Part shown: in pieces, positions 47,550 to 61,401 of the stretch
Position numbering within the stretch: position 1 is the first letter of the stretch
Layout: each line of letters starts with the position of its first letter
Origin: Phoronis australis
Lineage: Eukaryota > Animalia > Phoronida
Reading direction: 5' to 3'
NCBI GenBank assembly: GCA_002633005.1
Contig: NMRA01000333.1
Location: 186,001-250,000 of the forward strand
DNA length: 64,000 bases
Notes under the pieces: generated by a model
What the model was told of the DNA's origin: nothing
Database searches by the model: none
The model's input: only the letters and a program-made list of their open reading frames with translations
Program-made: the position numbers and the translations under genes

Positions 47550-50500
47550 CTAATCTGAATCACTGTCAATCTGCTGTCTTTTCACCACTCGTCGTATCGG
47601 GATGTGATCTTCAATGTCGGAGTCCGAGTCTTCCATCGTCTGAGAGAACATAGTGGCAGGAAATGTTTCTAAAAATGAAAAATTTTAAAGAACCCCAAAA
47701 TAAACATGACCATAACTTCTTTGAAAAGTGAAAATAAAGAGTGTTACAGCAGACTGGTGTACAATGATACTCAAGCTGTGTGTGGCGACATAACTACAAT
47801 GCTACCAATAAGAAGTACATTACTTTATGCAAAGTTTTTTTGTTTATCGAAAACAAGATGTATTGTTCACGACAATTTGAATCTCCTGTCCTCTCCGTTG
47901 TGCAACAAGTGATGTAGGAACCTTTTGCAACCCTAAGTGGTTTTTAAAGCTTTCTTAAGTGGTATTTGTAACGATTGTAACCCTGAGGGTCAAAGGGAAA
48001 TGTTGCCTTTCCGGAATACATTTTCCAAGTATTTGGCATAATTTTCTTATTACAAAGAGCATTTTGAAATGTTTTTTTTAACTTTCAGAGTAACTAAAAT
48101 ATGCAAATAGACCAGAATGATTTAAAAAGTCTGCAAATCATGAACCCACCTTTGGGTTTAGACAACGGTTCTTCATCACTGTCACTATCAGCCTGGTTTG
48201 TGGTTGACCTCTGTGTCTCCTCTGTATCTAGAACACAGAAAAATAGCATGCTGTTGAAAGTCTACTTCTGCCAAGATGGCCGACACATCAGAGACTGAAC
48301 AGTGAAGACATTTCACCTCTGAAATAAGTGATCAGTTGCAGATCTACGTTTTCAGTAAAGGGGAAGGGAGTTAGGATTTGCACGAATCCAAGGCCCGTAG
48401 TGCCAAGCGGGAGAGGTCGGGAGGGGGTTTCACCCTCCTGTGGACAATATTTTTTTGTTTTTTTAGGTGATTTCGTTTTCCTGGCAAAGTTTTTATTTAT
48501 TTTTATTTTTGATCCTGTTCCAGGGAGTTAAAACCCCTGAACCAACCCCGCCCCTTGCATATACCTCCGGTCGTGTACACAGAGTCTGTTTAAACTGATT
48601 TCACACATTATGATCTTCATCAGAAATTTGGGCTTAGAGAGGGTAGCTGATCCACATAGTGGCTTAGAATTTTGCAGACCATTGGTATTTCATAGGTGCC
48701 ATTCACAAACAATAGGCCTTTTGAAATTGACATGCAAGGTCAGTGAAAGCAGTTCTTTCTGAACCCTACTCTGTCCTACAACTGTCCCAGTTGGCTTGTG
48801 TAAGTAAACACAGCTTACCAAAGGGTTTATGGTCCTGGCTGAGAAACCACTGTTTTATTACACCCTACAGGTTTTAAATAGCCAAGCCTGGAATGTGAAC
48901 TGTACACCTGATACAAAGTAAAAAGCAGAAGGTACAAAATATTGCTATTGATTTGCACCATTCCAACAGAAGCTTTGAACATTTTTGTTTGACCTCTTCA
49001 CCAAGTGGCACTCCACTACATCTCTCCTTCCAAATACTTCGACTTACAAGCATTTTGCATAGCATATTCACATTCACATAATTTAAGAATTCCCCCTCTG
49101 AAGGCACAGATAAGCAGATGTATTCCATAACTAGCATGATACACCCAGTTGCCATTCTATTCTATTTTGTCATGACAACTCTGAAACCAGATGAGATATG
49201 CAATTTATGCATTTTCAATTTTCCCTTTGTATTCAGACACAAAAGGTGTCAATTTGTTTTCAGCATTAAACACGCATATTTTATATAATTTATAACATGC
49301 ATATTTTATATAATTTAAAATTTTCCATATTAAGCATTCAGCGTTAGTTCTTATTGACACATGTTGCTATGCATGAGACAAAATGGCGGAGATAAGTTTA
49401 TCATCTGATCCAATCAGGTGTCCATGGCGTCATAGACTCTTAACCAAGCACCAATAAGACAATCCTGGCTAATTGTTGGATTTCACATTATATCCGACAC
49501 TACGATAGCTTCAAGTTAAACGTAACGTCAGCTGCTTAAACAGGTAACCAACTATGTCACAATGTCAACAACATGAAAACCAAAAATACATTGCTGGTGT
49601 CAACCAATCCTCATCACCTGCTAATGCATCATTGGCATCAATCTTCCAAGTTAGAGGCGGCAATCAATTAAAAACTCGTAAAACTACCTAACAAATTGGA
49701 CATTATGATCCTTGGTGGGTGGTCCTTTCCCACACTTGCCATGTAATTCGCTAAAAGCGTCCCGCTTGCCCATCAAGCAGACTTTAAAAGGAGTTTTCTA
49801 GGGTTACTGTGCATCATTTTGTTTCAAAGAACGGGATGGGAAAGTCGTTTTTAGTATCTGTTAATAGGCCAAAGCTGGGTTTGGTATCATTTTAATGAAT
49901 TAACTCCTCCAAAGTGGACCAAAAGATGTTCTTGTCTAAAACCAATAAAGAAAACGTCAATAATGAAGCCATTAATGAGACAAGAGATACAACGTAAAAA
50001 TGGTTGTGTTCATGAAGTATTATGCCCAAACATTCCGGGTTAGGAGTTGACAGACTGTCTAAGTAACAGACAAAATATAAGTCGAATGGATGTCAGCATT
50101 TTTATCATTTTACATCTATTCTGATGTTAATTTCACCATTATCCTGACTGATCATCTTTCATTACAACTCTTTGTTCTACTTCCCTAAGGTTAATCACCT
50201 GTTGCCAGTTTTACCATAACTTGTGTTTACACAGGCACCAGATGGTTATTGACAGCACTATACTATTACTAATCCCCCTTTTGTGCCATTCATACACTAT
50301 TCATGTGACTGTGCTGTAAGCCTACATCTGCTTTCCAACCAACTTCAATTGTACTGTACTACTGACGAAGGGATCTTAGAATGATTTGGACACTTCAGTA
50401 TATTTTATGTATAAAATCATCTTGATGCATCTTTTTGTGATTGTGTTAAAAGCTACTTAAGGGGAGTTTCAAAAATCAAAACTTAAGTTCAAAATTCAAG

Positions 50501-53500
50501 ATCACAGTAAATGACCTTGAAATGACCTTCATCTAGCTGTCCAATGTTTCTAGAATTTATTAAGATAAGATAGGGATTAACAAAAGATACGTAATGCTGT
50601 GTACCCCCGGGCCCGATTTTTTTTGGATGAAACTATCTATCATTTCTGACAGCTACGTTCAAAGTCGTCAAAATGAACCCAAACTTGGCGTGCAAAGTTA
50701 CCAGAGGTGGACCTAGCAGCATGTCAGTGATGGGTCAATGACTGGGTGAGTGATTCTACATAAAATGACTCATTTTATCTGTGATGGGTCAATGACTGGG
50801 TGAGTGATTCTATATAAAATGACTCATTTTATCTGTGATGGGTCAATGACTGGGTGAGTGATTCTATATAAAATGACTCATTTTATCTTGTACATATCTA
50901 ATGGCTGTAACTAAACACAAGATGAACAATCTTGGACGGTAATTTGATTGGTACTTTGTGAAGAACTAAACTGACACATGGCCCTCCCGGCAACAACTCA
51001 CCACTTTCTTCATCGTTTACTTGAACTCGAGACTTCTTTCTCATAGGGGTCAGTTTTGACGTGGAGTTCAGCAAAACTTCGCCTTCACTCTCGCTTGATT
51101 CCCTTTTTCGTTTAGTTTCCGTGTTTTTCACAAGGGGCTCATCGTCACTTTCCGAAGACACGTGTCCGTTTACCACTGCTGACTTTCGATTGACCAATGA
51201 AGCTTCACCCTCACTTTCACTACTTTCTACATTTGGGCGTGGGTGTTTACTAGCTGGACTGTTATTGACAGCTGACAGGCCCTCATCGATAATCAACTTT
51301 TCGCCATCACTGAAATTAAAGATATAATTTTACGTATAGGCTAAAGGCTGTGCCAGTAAAAACATATAAGGGGAAGGCACTTTCATTTTTTACCCACCAC
51401 CCATATTTTTCTTTTATTTCTCCAACCCACCACCCATAATTTTTAATTAGGTTGAAATACAAAATGCAAGCATCCGTATGTTTGGATAATACGTGGTAAT
51501 GTACTCGTTACTTTTATTCTTTTTAGATATTTTCAATCTTCAATGTTTCCTTAGCCAACAACGGTCCAGCAGGCACAACACTAGCTCCCTCTCAAGGCAA
51601 GGAATAAAAATTCACACATGCTTTCCACTGAAAAGTGATTAACAAACAAGAATGTTGGTATGCGCTCTTAGTGTGCATTACAAATGGCAGACACTAGGGG
51701 GTGCTCATCACTCAAACTTCCTACAGAAGGATTATCACTTGTACACAAATTGCCTCTAGGACTTGTATCATAATCTGTTAGTACAGACAACTAGCTGTCT
51801 TGTCGGGTGTTGTCGAAATCTAAAGCCGTCAAGAGGGTGGTCAAATCAAAACGAAAAGCGGGTGTGGTCAACGCATCCATCCCTGCCATTTTCTGCCAAA
51901 TTTCATTGGCCAGTTGTACCAAGCAGTTTTCGAGATAATCAACCTTTCTTGTCAAAAATTAAAAAGGCCAAGAAGGGGTTCAACAGTAGCCAAATCTGTC
52001 CGAAAATCGACTGGTACTGGCGCATCCCCACCATCTATCTCTGTGCCAAATGTCATCATGATCCGTTGAGCAGTTTCAACATAATCGACGGACAGGGAAT
52101 GACTTGAGCAGTCAAAAACCAACAGAAGGAGCCACAGAAGTTGAATCTGTCCAAAAATCAATTGACGCAGGTGCATTCTCACCATATACCTCTGTATTGA
52201 ATTTCATTGTGATCAGTCAAGCAGCTTTTGAGATACTCGCCGCACAAGTAATGGCGTGTTGAAAACTAAAAAGGCCAACATGGGATACCACGGTAGCCAA
52301 ATCCGTCTGAAAATCGACTGGTGCTGGCACATCCCTGCCAAGTACCTTTATACCAAATTTTATCATGATCTGCCAAGATAATTGATTGACAAGAAATGAT
52401 AATGACTGACAGACAAGAAATGATAATGACAGACGGACTGACTGATGGACGAACAGACGGATGGGATGTCAATTATGTCCGACCACAAAAGCTTTTGTGG
52501 ATGCAGAAAAATTCCATCACAACTCATGTCCATCACAAGAAACTTGCAGTTCAAAGACACCTGTGAGAAATACTTTAGGCAGCCATCAGGTGTCTCTGTC
52601 CACCAGGAGTCTGTAATTTCAATACTTTTTCAGTTTCATAATCTACGAATCTCAAAGTGTTTCCACGAATTCTTTCAGGCTGCTAAGCCAAGTAAATATT
52701 GGAAATTGTTTATGTGACTCCTCATACTTTTTATCAAAACGTACACACTCCACGCTGTACACTAGCAATATGGGCTTCTTTTGTTACTTTGCATATTTTT
52801 GGATATCTGCCAAGTGATTTTTTGGCGAGTTTTTGATGTTTTCTCAGAGGATATTGAGGTCTGTGGTTGGCTGAAAATACTCACTCATCAACATTTACGA
52901 GACAAAAACCACACCCACTTTTGGTGATTAGACAACCACACATTTTTATTTCAACTGCCGCCCCCCCCCCCATACAGAATCTTTGCAAGACCGAGTTTAA
53001 TACGAATGGCTTGTTGTGCCTGTGTTGAGCACAGCGCAATACGACAGTCTCACTCTCTCAAAGATGCAACTTTGCCTCAGCAAAAGCAGAAACCAACCCT
53101 CTAGTCACAGCATGTTGGAAATGCCAATTAGTAAAAGCTGAAACCAACCCCCTAGGGGTAATACGACTCACATTAGTGAAAGTTTAGAATTTTTACTTTC
53201 CTGGTAAGCATGACTTGATTTCTCAGAATTGTCAGTTCACATTAAGCAAAAGCTTTCAATCGACTACCATTATTTCAGAACAAAAAACATTCTGATTATG
53301 TGAACAAAATGAGACAAATTGATGCAGATTATAAGTCATCCAGTAGTTAAGAATGTGGGAAAATTATGAATCTATACTAGACTTACTTGTGTGGCTGATG
53401 AAATGTTCGATTATTATCAAATAAGTCCAGTACAGCGGCCCGTTCCAACAAAACTGACTTAGCTAAGACAAATCTTAAATTTTAGTAAATTTTAAGATAA

Positions 53501-56500
53501 CACTTAAATTTGTCTCGATACCGTTTCACGAAAGAGATCTTAAGTTTGAATTAAGTTTTTGATAAAAGTTTTGTCTTAATTTTAACTATCTTACCGGACA
53601 TGGAAGTTTCAGAGTATGGAAGTTCAGACAAATCTTAGACTTAAGTCAGTTTCTTGGAACGGGCCCCTGATTTATAATTTTCCCTATAAAATGAGATAAA
53701 TTTCAACCAGACACAAGAACAAAAGCAATTTTCCACAAAGACGGAAAAGTTCATGGAACTAGTCCTCTGTCTACATAACTCGGCAATAGACAAGAAAAGC
53801 CAATGTTTCTTTTTATAAACCAAAACCAAAAAACAATCAAATTCTTTCCCTGAGATCGAGTTAGTGCTCATATCATTCCACCATCGCTGGCCAGTCACCA
53901 CGATGGTAAAGTGGTTGAACATGCCTTCTGAATGCCATGTTGTCTCCATTTCCAGTTTCTGCTCATACTAAATTGACAAAAGACAAAAAGTTAACAGAAA
54001 TTGCTAATTAGCTTAACGGAGAAAACAGATGGATTCACGTTTCCTAAGAGTGGAAAATTTTAAAGGTCTCTAAACAATAATTATACTTGGAAGGCATCAT
54101 TACCTGTCAGAAGAGTCGTCTACCAGTCTCTTCAGTCTAGACGTAACAGAAGGTTTGGATTTGGGTTTGGCCCTGGCCCTGTCAATCAAAAATCAACAAT
54201 GGCTTTACCAACAGCAATGTATAGAGACTGGAGTCTATTTCAGATCAGTTTCATGACAGCAATGAGCAAGTTGTAATTCTGTGTACCAGTACCTTTCGAC
54301 AACTGGTTTCTACACAACCTTCGAAGCCATTTCAACAAATCTATGATTAAAATTTTGAAAACCTCATCCTGCAACAAATCATTGAAGGATGGGAATTTCA
54401 TCTACAGTACTGCTGCATTGTGGGACAGTTGTTGACTTGAGCACACCAGAATTGAAACATGGCCCCACTTTAACACGCTTTTTGGGGCGAGTAGGACAAA
54501 GTAACAAGCATAAAGAATGAGCCTCCAAAGGCATAGAATAAACACATAGATTACCAAATCTTTTGAGCGAAAGATTCTCGAGGCATGTGCCACTTGATCA
54601 CACTGAAGGTTACACAGTCCACAGGTTATCTGCGATGTCAACAAATGTTTGCGAGATGACAACCGTCTCAATATGTATTGCAAAGACGGAAGCACCGTGG
54701 CTGAAATCCCCGAATTGAAAAACAATTGCTGAGTAAAACATCCATGCTACTGTAGAATCTGCTTTTGGAAATGGTCCCCAACAGCAGGTGTCAATCAAAG
54801 AGTTCACAATCGCGAGTTGATATGCCCCTCTTAGAAATGTCGATGGAATGAAAATTCATAGAGTCTGAGTCTACTTAATACATTCATTGTACATTCCTTG
54901 ACACTGAACTCAATCTAACCTGTTTTTAGCTCTGGCCGCTTTTTCTTCATTTTTTTTCAACTTTCGTTTCTGTTTCGCCAAGTCCTTCAGTTTGTTCCTT
55001 CGACTGTTGTCTTTGGAAGGAACAACTACGTCATCTTCAGAATTTGGGTCAAGCACATTGGCCAATCGCACAAGGTTCAAGGGGTCGAGGTCCACAGGAA
55101 TTCGCCAAAATCTTTCCTGCAATGTAAGTTTGCAGGGTGTACAGTGAAATCAAGTTTGGCGAATCTGAATCTAATTAGTGATCTCCAAAGTAATTCTACT
55201 AGTTGTATAATTGCATTTCTGGAGTAATTAAGAAAATTGAATACAACTCACATATTGCTTCAATAAAAAGGCACCAGGCAAATCTGCGTGACGGAACTTT
55301 TGAATTGATTTTATAAATGTATCATTAATCAAGTACCTAAAGCCTTAGAGAATAAAATTTACAAGAAAAATTATTTCAACCATACAATGTGCCTTGCCAA
55401 ACCATAACTGACAAAGTGTTCAAGAATATGAACGTTAAATTTGCCAATACGATTTGAGGTTACATCTACTCCTAATTACCGGTATAATGTTACCGTCTTA
55501 TTGAAAGATCTAAGTTAATAGCGACTGTCAACTCAGAAAAGTACATGTTTATTGAAAGTAGGCCTCGAGAAAAATCTATTTGTGTCATTCACAACATTGT
55601 GCTACTTATGGTCTAGCAAAAATGACATTTTAAGAGGTGCACTGACAGGGAAAAAGTTCATTCACAAGCATTCATCAAACTTTGTCTGATAACAATGCTC
55701 GTGTCTGAAACTTTCCATAACTGGCGTCAATGTTTTTTACTGCAAACATACATTCAGTGTTTAGCACTTTTCTACGAATAATACACGACTATTGATTTTA
55801 AATTTAACATATTAAAAGAATGAAAGCTCTAATAAAAAATCTAAAACAAGGTTTTCACATTAAGACATAGTGCTGTCTGAAAAATGATACACAATTAAAC
55901 TTGGCTGACTTTTTCTTGATATGTCACGTACCAAAGTTTGGAGTCATGCTCTAACAGCAATTGCTGAAAAACCAAATTATATACCCACAGTTGAACACTC
56001 ACTGCTTTGTTCTCGATTTATGTTCCAAACTACGCTTTACAGTTGTGACAATAACTAGAATGTATTCAAGATTCCTTCTTAACATTATTTTTTGCAAAAT
56101 AACGCAAAGTGGAAAGAAGCTACATGTGTTAATGAGCAGTAGTTTCTATTTTCCACAACCAGTAAGAACATATTTACCCTTGACAGTTTCAACTCTACCA
56201 ACCTTGTGGAACTAAATAATAAGCGTATTTAACAATGAAACAAGAAGCGAATTGTTCAAAGCCAATCCCATGATTCACTGCAAGTGTAGTTAAATGTAGG
56301 TCAGCAGGTCACCTTCGAGAGAGTCACAAACAACATTGTGTTAATCACGGAATAAATTACATGAAACTACACCGAGATATTTCGCAACAGTTGCGTGGCG
56401 ATATATCAGAAATTGGGTAGGATTTGCTGCAATTTTATGAAGTGTTGTTGAATTCATGGTGGGTTTTCTAATTCAGACGACACCACGTTCAGTCCGCAAT

Positions 56501-59500
56501 CTTCAACACAGGTCTTTAGCCGCTGTGGGACTGAGTTTGAACTTGAATGGAGCTGGAAATCGATTCTCACAAGCTATCAGCATACAGGAGAGCTTCATCT
56601 TGCATTCTGACAATTTTTTTCTCCGCCGTCTGAATTTTACACGGCATCAGAATGAATAAGGTTCATAACTTTGAAGCCACACTATAGACACTTGATTCAT
56701 AAGGCCGACTGTGTGAGTTGTCAAACAACAGGGCTTTGCATGGTAGAAAAACTTTGGGAGGAGATTTGATTTGATCTACAAGCTCCATGTAATTAAACAA
56801 CACGTGTTGGTGACAACCTTTTCAAAAGCTGCGTTTTCAACTAAAAAAGATCAATTGTTCGCACAAAATTGAATTTATTGAAATCCTCACAAAGTTCCCT
56901 GCATGCACAGACCGTATTTTAATACCATTTTTTGTAAAACAGAGTTACACGTAACCTTAAGCTGGGTAAAGGTCACCCAAGCGATACTGGTTTCTCCATA
57001 CCTGTTCATTTGACGGCGGCGATATTCCAATCAACTTGAGGAGGTGCTGAAACTCTTTCTTCTCCATGGCGTCTTCATTGTCTTCAGTCAACGGAACAAG
57101 AGGAACGGGTTCACAAGTGTCTGAAAGTGTCAAACGATTAACTGCAAGAATAAATATTATTATTATTATCATAATTAACATATAAAAGAGTGAAGGAAAC
57201 AAATTCTTCGTAAAAACCAGATTCCATTTCATAGACACGTGACGCCTGCATAACCAAGCAAGTGTAATTACATCTTTACAATGTATGCCAATATCTTGCG
57301 AAGACTTGCGACACCTTACGATTTATTTGTTCCATACGTCTGGTATTGTACGCAGCACATGTTCGTGAAAAGCCAGACCTTACGGAAACAAGTCCCCGGA
57401 GACACAAGTGAGCATCAAGAACCCTCATTACCTGCATCTGTACACTAGTCTTCCTAATTGCTTACATGTTACCCATGCCATTGAGAAGTGGCCAGTGTTC
57501 GAGACTTTTAAATTAAGGTTATGCAAGACCTTATTGACAAGTCTACGGATTTAGCCAAATATCCACAAAACTTTAGATAGTAACTCAGAAAAGCCACATA
57601 TATTTTCCAAAAGTAAGCCTGGCCTGTGTGATTTTTGACATTTTATCAATTAGTTGTGTCACGTGACCACGTTTTTTATTCAGGAAAATTTAGCAAAAAG
57701 CAAGGTAGAGTGAAAACAAAGCACTGGTAACTAATAGGGTCAAATTTCATGATATGAATGTTCAACTGAAGATAAATCTCAATTTTTTTAAAGATCATTC
57801 GTTTTATGCAACTTCATTTTTTCACGAAAATCTCAGTTTTGATAGTCACTCATGTGAAAGTTTGATGTCTTAAAAACATTCCCAACAGTGTTTTGTAGAA
57901 CATTGCATAATGCATAGAATTTGAACAGCCATTTCTGAGATGTGATTTTCCGTCAAGTTAGCCAAATTTGGGCATTTTACTCGAGTCATACATAACGTTA
58001 ATGAGATGATAATAGGTATTATTACGAATATATCAGTTTTGTTTTATTTTGCTAATAACTGCTTTGTTCTGAAGTTGTAAGATAGTTCCCGTGCGACACA
58101 TTACCCAGAGGACAAGAAAGGAAGTCAGTTAGTGAACGGGACTCTTACCACTAGGGCAAGTCGAACCTGGAAGATACCCTGTGAGCATGTTGTCAAATTT
58201 TCTAGAATAACTTGGGCTGAGACAGTTATAGAGAGTCGTAAAAAATTGTCATGTCCTGTTCCATGCCTTCATAAAAGCAAATGACGTGTTTTCAAAAACA
58301 TAATGAAAGGTTTGAATTCAGAAATACTTAGGAAATCTTTTAATAAAGACAATAATTTTTAGCTCAATGAGCCAAACCATTCAACAGAAATTCAAAGTCA
58401 GAAAGACCACCTTGCTTGCAGAGCATCAAAGCAGAACACATGTTGCATTCCGTGGTTGCAAGGAACTCGTCAACTCGCCTAAAAGCAAGATCACACAAAG
58501 CCACGCGAGTATAGAACCAGTGTTTTGTGAGTCAGTATGATCCAGAAAATAGTAGTGCACAGTTTAGCAAAATGCCCACCACAACGATTGGTCGGTAGCA
58601 TTGGAAAGTTGAATTGTGGGATAGAATTAATTGTTTCCACGCCATAAGCCAAGGTTCCTTGTCACAAGCGCCTAGCGAGTGTCTTGTTCCTACGTAACAT
58701 AGTGGTTATGCAGTGTTGCATTTCTACATAATGTGCAGGGCTAGGTATCAGTAACAGACTCATACCTTCTTCCTCCCTATCTTCAGCAGTTCGTCTCAGA
58801 CCCGTCTGCAACCACTTCACAGCAGATTCACAACCTTAATGGATGAAAATGACATGGTAGAAGTGATCTTAATCATACATCGATGAAACCTAATTGGCTG
58901 TGGTTGTGAACTGTACTCACAGCAAAAATTAAAGGAATCACCGTCTCAAGCGGGGAGTGAAGGAGTCTATTCATGTCTCAATCCATGGCTCCACTACCTT
59001 GAATAGAGACTGTGGGAGGTACCAACTTCACAGAATCTACAACCATGTTCTCATGACACCTAGTGGACATTCTCAGAGTGAACAAGATGGCGGATCACTA
59101 TCGAAAGGCTCTCAGTGATTCCTTTGATGTTTTGCTGTGAGTACGGTTTATATCTTATTAAATCTCTATCAAGTTTAATGAGAAGTTCAGTCAGTAATTA
59201 TCACTCGCTAACTCGTGAAATGTGATTCTGTGTCCATCAATGAATAATCATCTGGATATGAAAACGCCCAAAAGGTGGCACTAAGTTAACAAACAGTTGT
59301 TGTGTATCCAGTTCTTATGAAGTTGCTATAATTCGCCAGTATTCATTTGGAAAATGCACAAGATAGTTTATGAACCTTTTTGTTCATAAATATCAAATTA
59401 AAGCCTTTTAGGGCTGACATATAACAAGCTTTCTTAACAGAAAACAAACACGGTAAACTAGCTCTTACTAATAACAGAACCCAACATATTCAATAATGTA

Positions 59501-59811
59501 GAAATCAGCTATATGGACCAGAAAACACTATCGAATGTTTAAACAGTTTTGTTCAGTTTTGGATATAGCGCCAAACTGCCACTTACCTGTGTCTATCGCT
59601 GCCTTCAATGCTTGCTTCACAGAGCCACCTAGTGAGTCAGCTTTAGCACTCGATCCATCTCCAGTATCTTTTTCACTACCCTCCTTGTCACTAGAGGTCT
59701 CCATGTCAGATGCAGAGCTTTCCTCCATGTTGTCCAACACATCATCAATAGGGGTCTCTGTTGCTGTTCCTTCATCTTCACTCTCGCTTGCACTTGGGAG
59801 CAGAGGCTCAT
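47550..59811 (-). CDS. TIMELESS: Protein timeless homolog (TIMELESS/Tim2/Timeout type), 3' portion: last 8 coding exons including the C-terminal PARP1-binding (PAB) domain; 5' exons lie beyond the right edge
   Basis: Minus-strand exons 59811-59587, 58834-58766, 57120-57002, 55116-54920, 54178-54104, 51309-51002, 48227-48150, 47668-47550 (TAG) join in consistent phase. The translation [66 protein letters not shown] matches the recalled human TIMELESS segment (WLQNCLIRAADDREEDG...[27 protein letters not shown]...PP...QETFWRIP). An acidic/basic low-complexity tail follows, ending [10 protein letters not shown]. Confidence 0.92.
48641..48864 (-). mobile_element. Dispersed ~210-225 bp repeat family, copy 2 (inverted)
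   Basis: Reverse complement aligns by eye over its whole length to 38072-38282. Confidence 0.7.
50728..50889 (+). repeat. Minisatellite, 54-bp unit, 3 copies
   Basis: Unit gtgatgggtcaatgactgggtgagtgattcta(c/t)ataaaatgactcattttatct. Confidence 0.93.
51644..52511. mobile_element. HINE/DINE-1-like non-autonomous rolling-circle element
   Basis: Starts AAACAAG. Contains imperfect internal tandem subunits (ccaaatttcat...agcagttttcgagat; aaaatcgactggt), then a GACA/GACG microsatellite (~52385-52462), then the perfect 18-bp palindrome CCACAAAAGCTTTTGTGG (52483-52500) followed by an A-run. Confidence 0.55.
53433..53669. mobile_element. MITE with ~35-bp TIRs (PIF/Harbinger-like GGCCC ends)
   Basis: Left end cagcggcccgttccaacaaaactgacttagctaaga; the reverse complement of the right end is caggggcccgttccaagaaactgacttaagtctaaga. 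Confidence 0.7.
58909..59148. mobile_element. MITE with ~33-bp TIRs
   Basis: aactgtactcacagcaaaaattaaaggaatcac ... gtgattcctttgatgttttgctgtgagtacggtt. Confidence 0.7.
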
Positions 59812-59849
59812 CTAAAACCATAAAATAAATTTCTGTAAAAATTTTTTAA

Positions 59850-60306
59850 GGTTATGAAGGACCATTTGAAAATGTCCAAATTTGATTAATTTTGGAATAT
59901 TGTGCCTCAGAAATGGCAGATTGGATTCATACAAAATTTTCACATGCTATCCCACATGCTTTAAGCACTGTTCTCCAGTACACTGTTTGGAATTGTTTTT
60001 AAATCAATCCACTTTTTCGGGCTTTAATGATTTTTATTCCAAAACCTATAAGTGGATACCAAAAATTGAATTAAATGGTTTTTTACAAAAGTAAAAGTAA
60101 TATAAAAGCATTTAATTTAGTAACATTATTGGTACCATGGTTTTGCTATGATTACACTTTTCTTTTTCTTTTTCCTTAATTTCACTAAAAAGACATGACC
60201 CAACCATAAGTAGATTAACATTAAGTCAAAAATCAGATTCTATAGGATTTCTATATCATGTAGATTTTGTCTTTAAGCAGATTTGTCTATTCACTTCTAC
60301 ATAACC
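59850..60306. mobile_element. Non-autonomous TTAA-flanked DNA transposon (Kolobok/piggyBac-like)
   Basis: TTAA|GGTTATG ... CATAACC|TTAA. The TIRs are short, so this is tentative. Confidence 0.45.
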
Positions 60307-60595
60307 TTAAGTTGTAGGCATTTGTGACAATGTTTGAGACTCAGACTGTTTTATAAGTTCCTTTGTCCAACATTGGTCGGATTTACGATAAAATTTCATT
60401 AATTTACGACACAATATGGTGGACATGTGAAATTTTTATTTTCTCATTTTTTTAATAAATGATGCATAGTGCCAAAATGCTGCTTCGCCATGTCAAGTTC
60501 AGTTCCATAGCTACCAACAGGCAATATTTTCAAAAATTGTGATCATTCACAAAATCCTTAGAAGACCAGGAAAAATGAAGAAATTGTATTATGTG

Positions 60596-60786
60596 GAATA
60601 TAAATCGGTAAATAAAACAACAAGAATGGATCAGTTGAAATTTGAAATTTTCGGATGTAATAACTTCCTTTATCAACAAAATCAGTAAAATCAAATACAA
60701 AATGACAATTGACATTATAAGATATGGTGTAATGACACCATATCTTATATGATCCATTCTTGTTGTTTTATTACCGATTTATATTC
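60596..60786. mobile_element. Fold-back/MITE with ~37-bp inverted arms and an internal perfect hairpin
   Basis: gaatataaatcggtaaataaaacaacaagaatggatca (60596-60633) versus tgatccattcttgttgttttattaccgatttatattc (60750-60786). Inner 14-bp stem ataagatatggtgt-aatg-acaccatatcttat at 60717-60748. Confidence 0.7.
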
Positions 60787-61401
60787 TTCATTTCATGAAA
60801 CAATAGTATCCTTGGGAGGATCTGGATCTGGATCGCCTTATTTAGTTTCAGATATATTTTCTACGTTATTAATGTGGCAATTATTTTGTCGGAAATCCAT
60901 GACAAACCTGGAGTTCACTATAAGTGCCCAAGTAGTGACATAGTCTAGTGCAAGTACCCAGCAAAAGCAACTTGCACCACATTTTTTCAATGGGGCGCCA
61001 CCTAGCAGTGGCGGCTGTACAGCAAATTTGTGACAAAAATGATAGCTAAAACTGCCATATTTCTATTTTTTCACAGGCTTACCATATTGTAGCAAACGCT
61101 CAAAATTTTACCAAATGTATGGTAATAGCTTCGCCATACAAACCATGCTAAAAAAGAAAATTTCCTTAAAAGTTATTTTTCTTGAGAAATTTGACAAAAT
61201 GCAATTTCACCTGTCCGCAATATAGTGATCCAAGTGGAAGACTTTTTACCATAAATCGCTTTTTAAAATTGTGTCCAGATCACCCGTGAATAGGTCCTTT
61301 GCACACTTATAAGTAAGGTTGATTTTAAGAGATGTTGCTAATGCCATGGCGATAATTTGTCTGTGCAAAATAGGACTGACTACAGGTGAGATATGCAAGA
61401 C

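Noticed and set aside
59535-59828. Plus-strand Ser-rich ORFs here and at 51061-51327
   Set aside because: They are antisense shadows of acidic TIMELESS exons.
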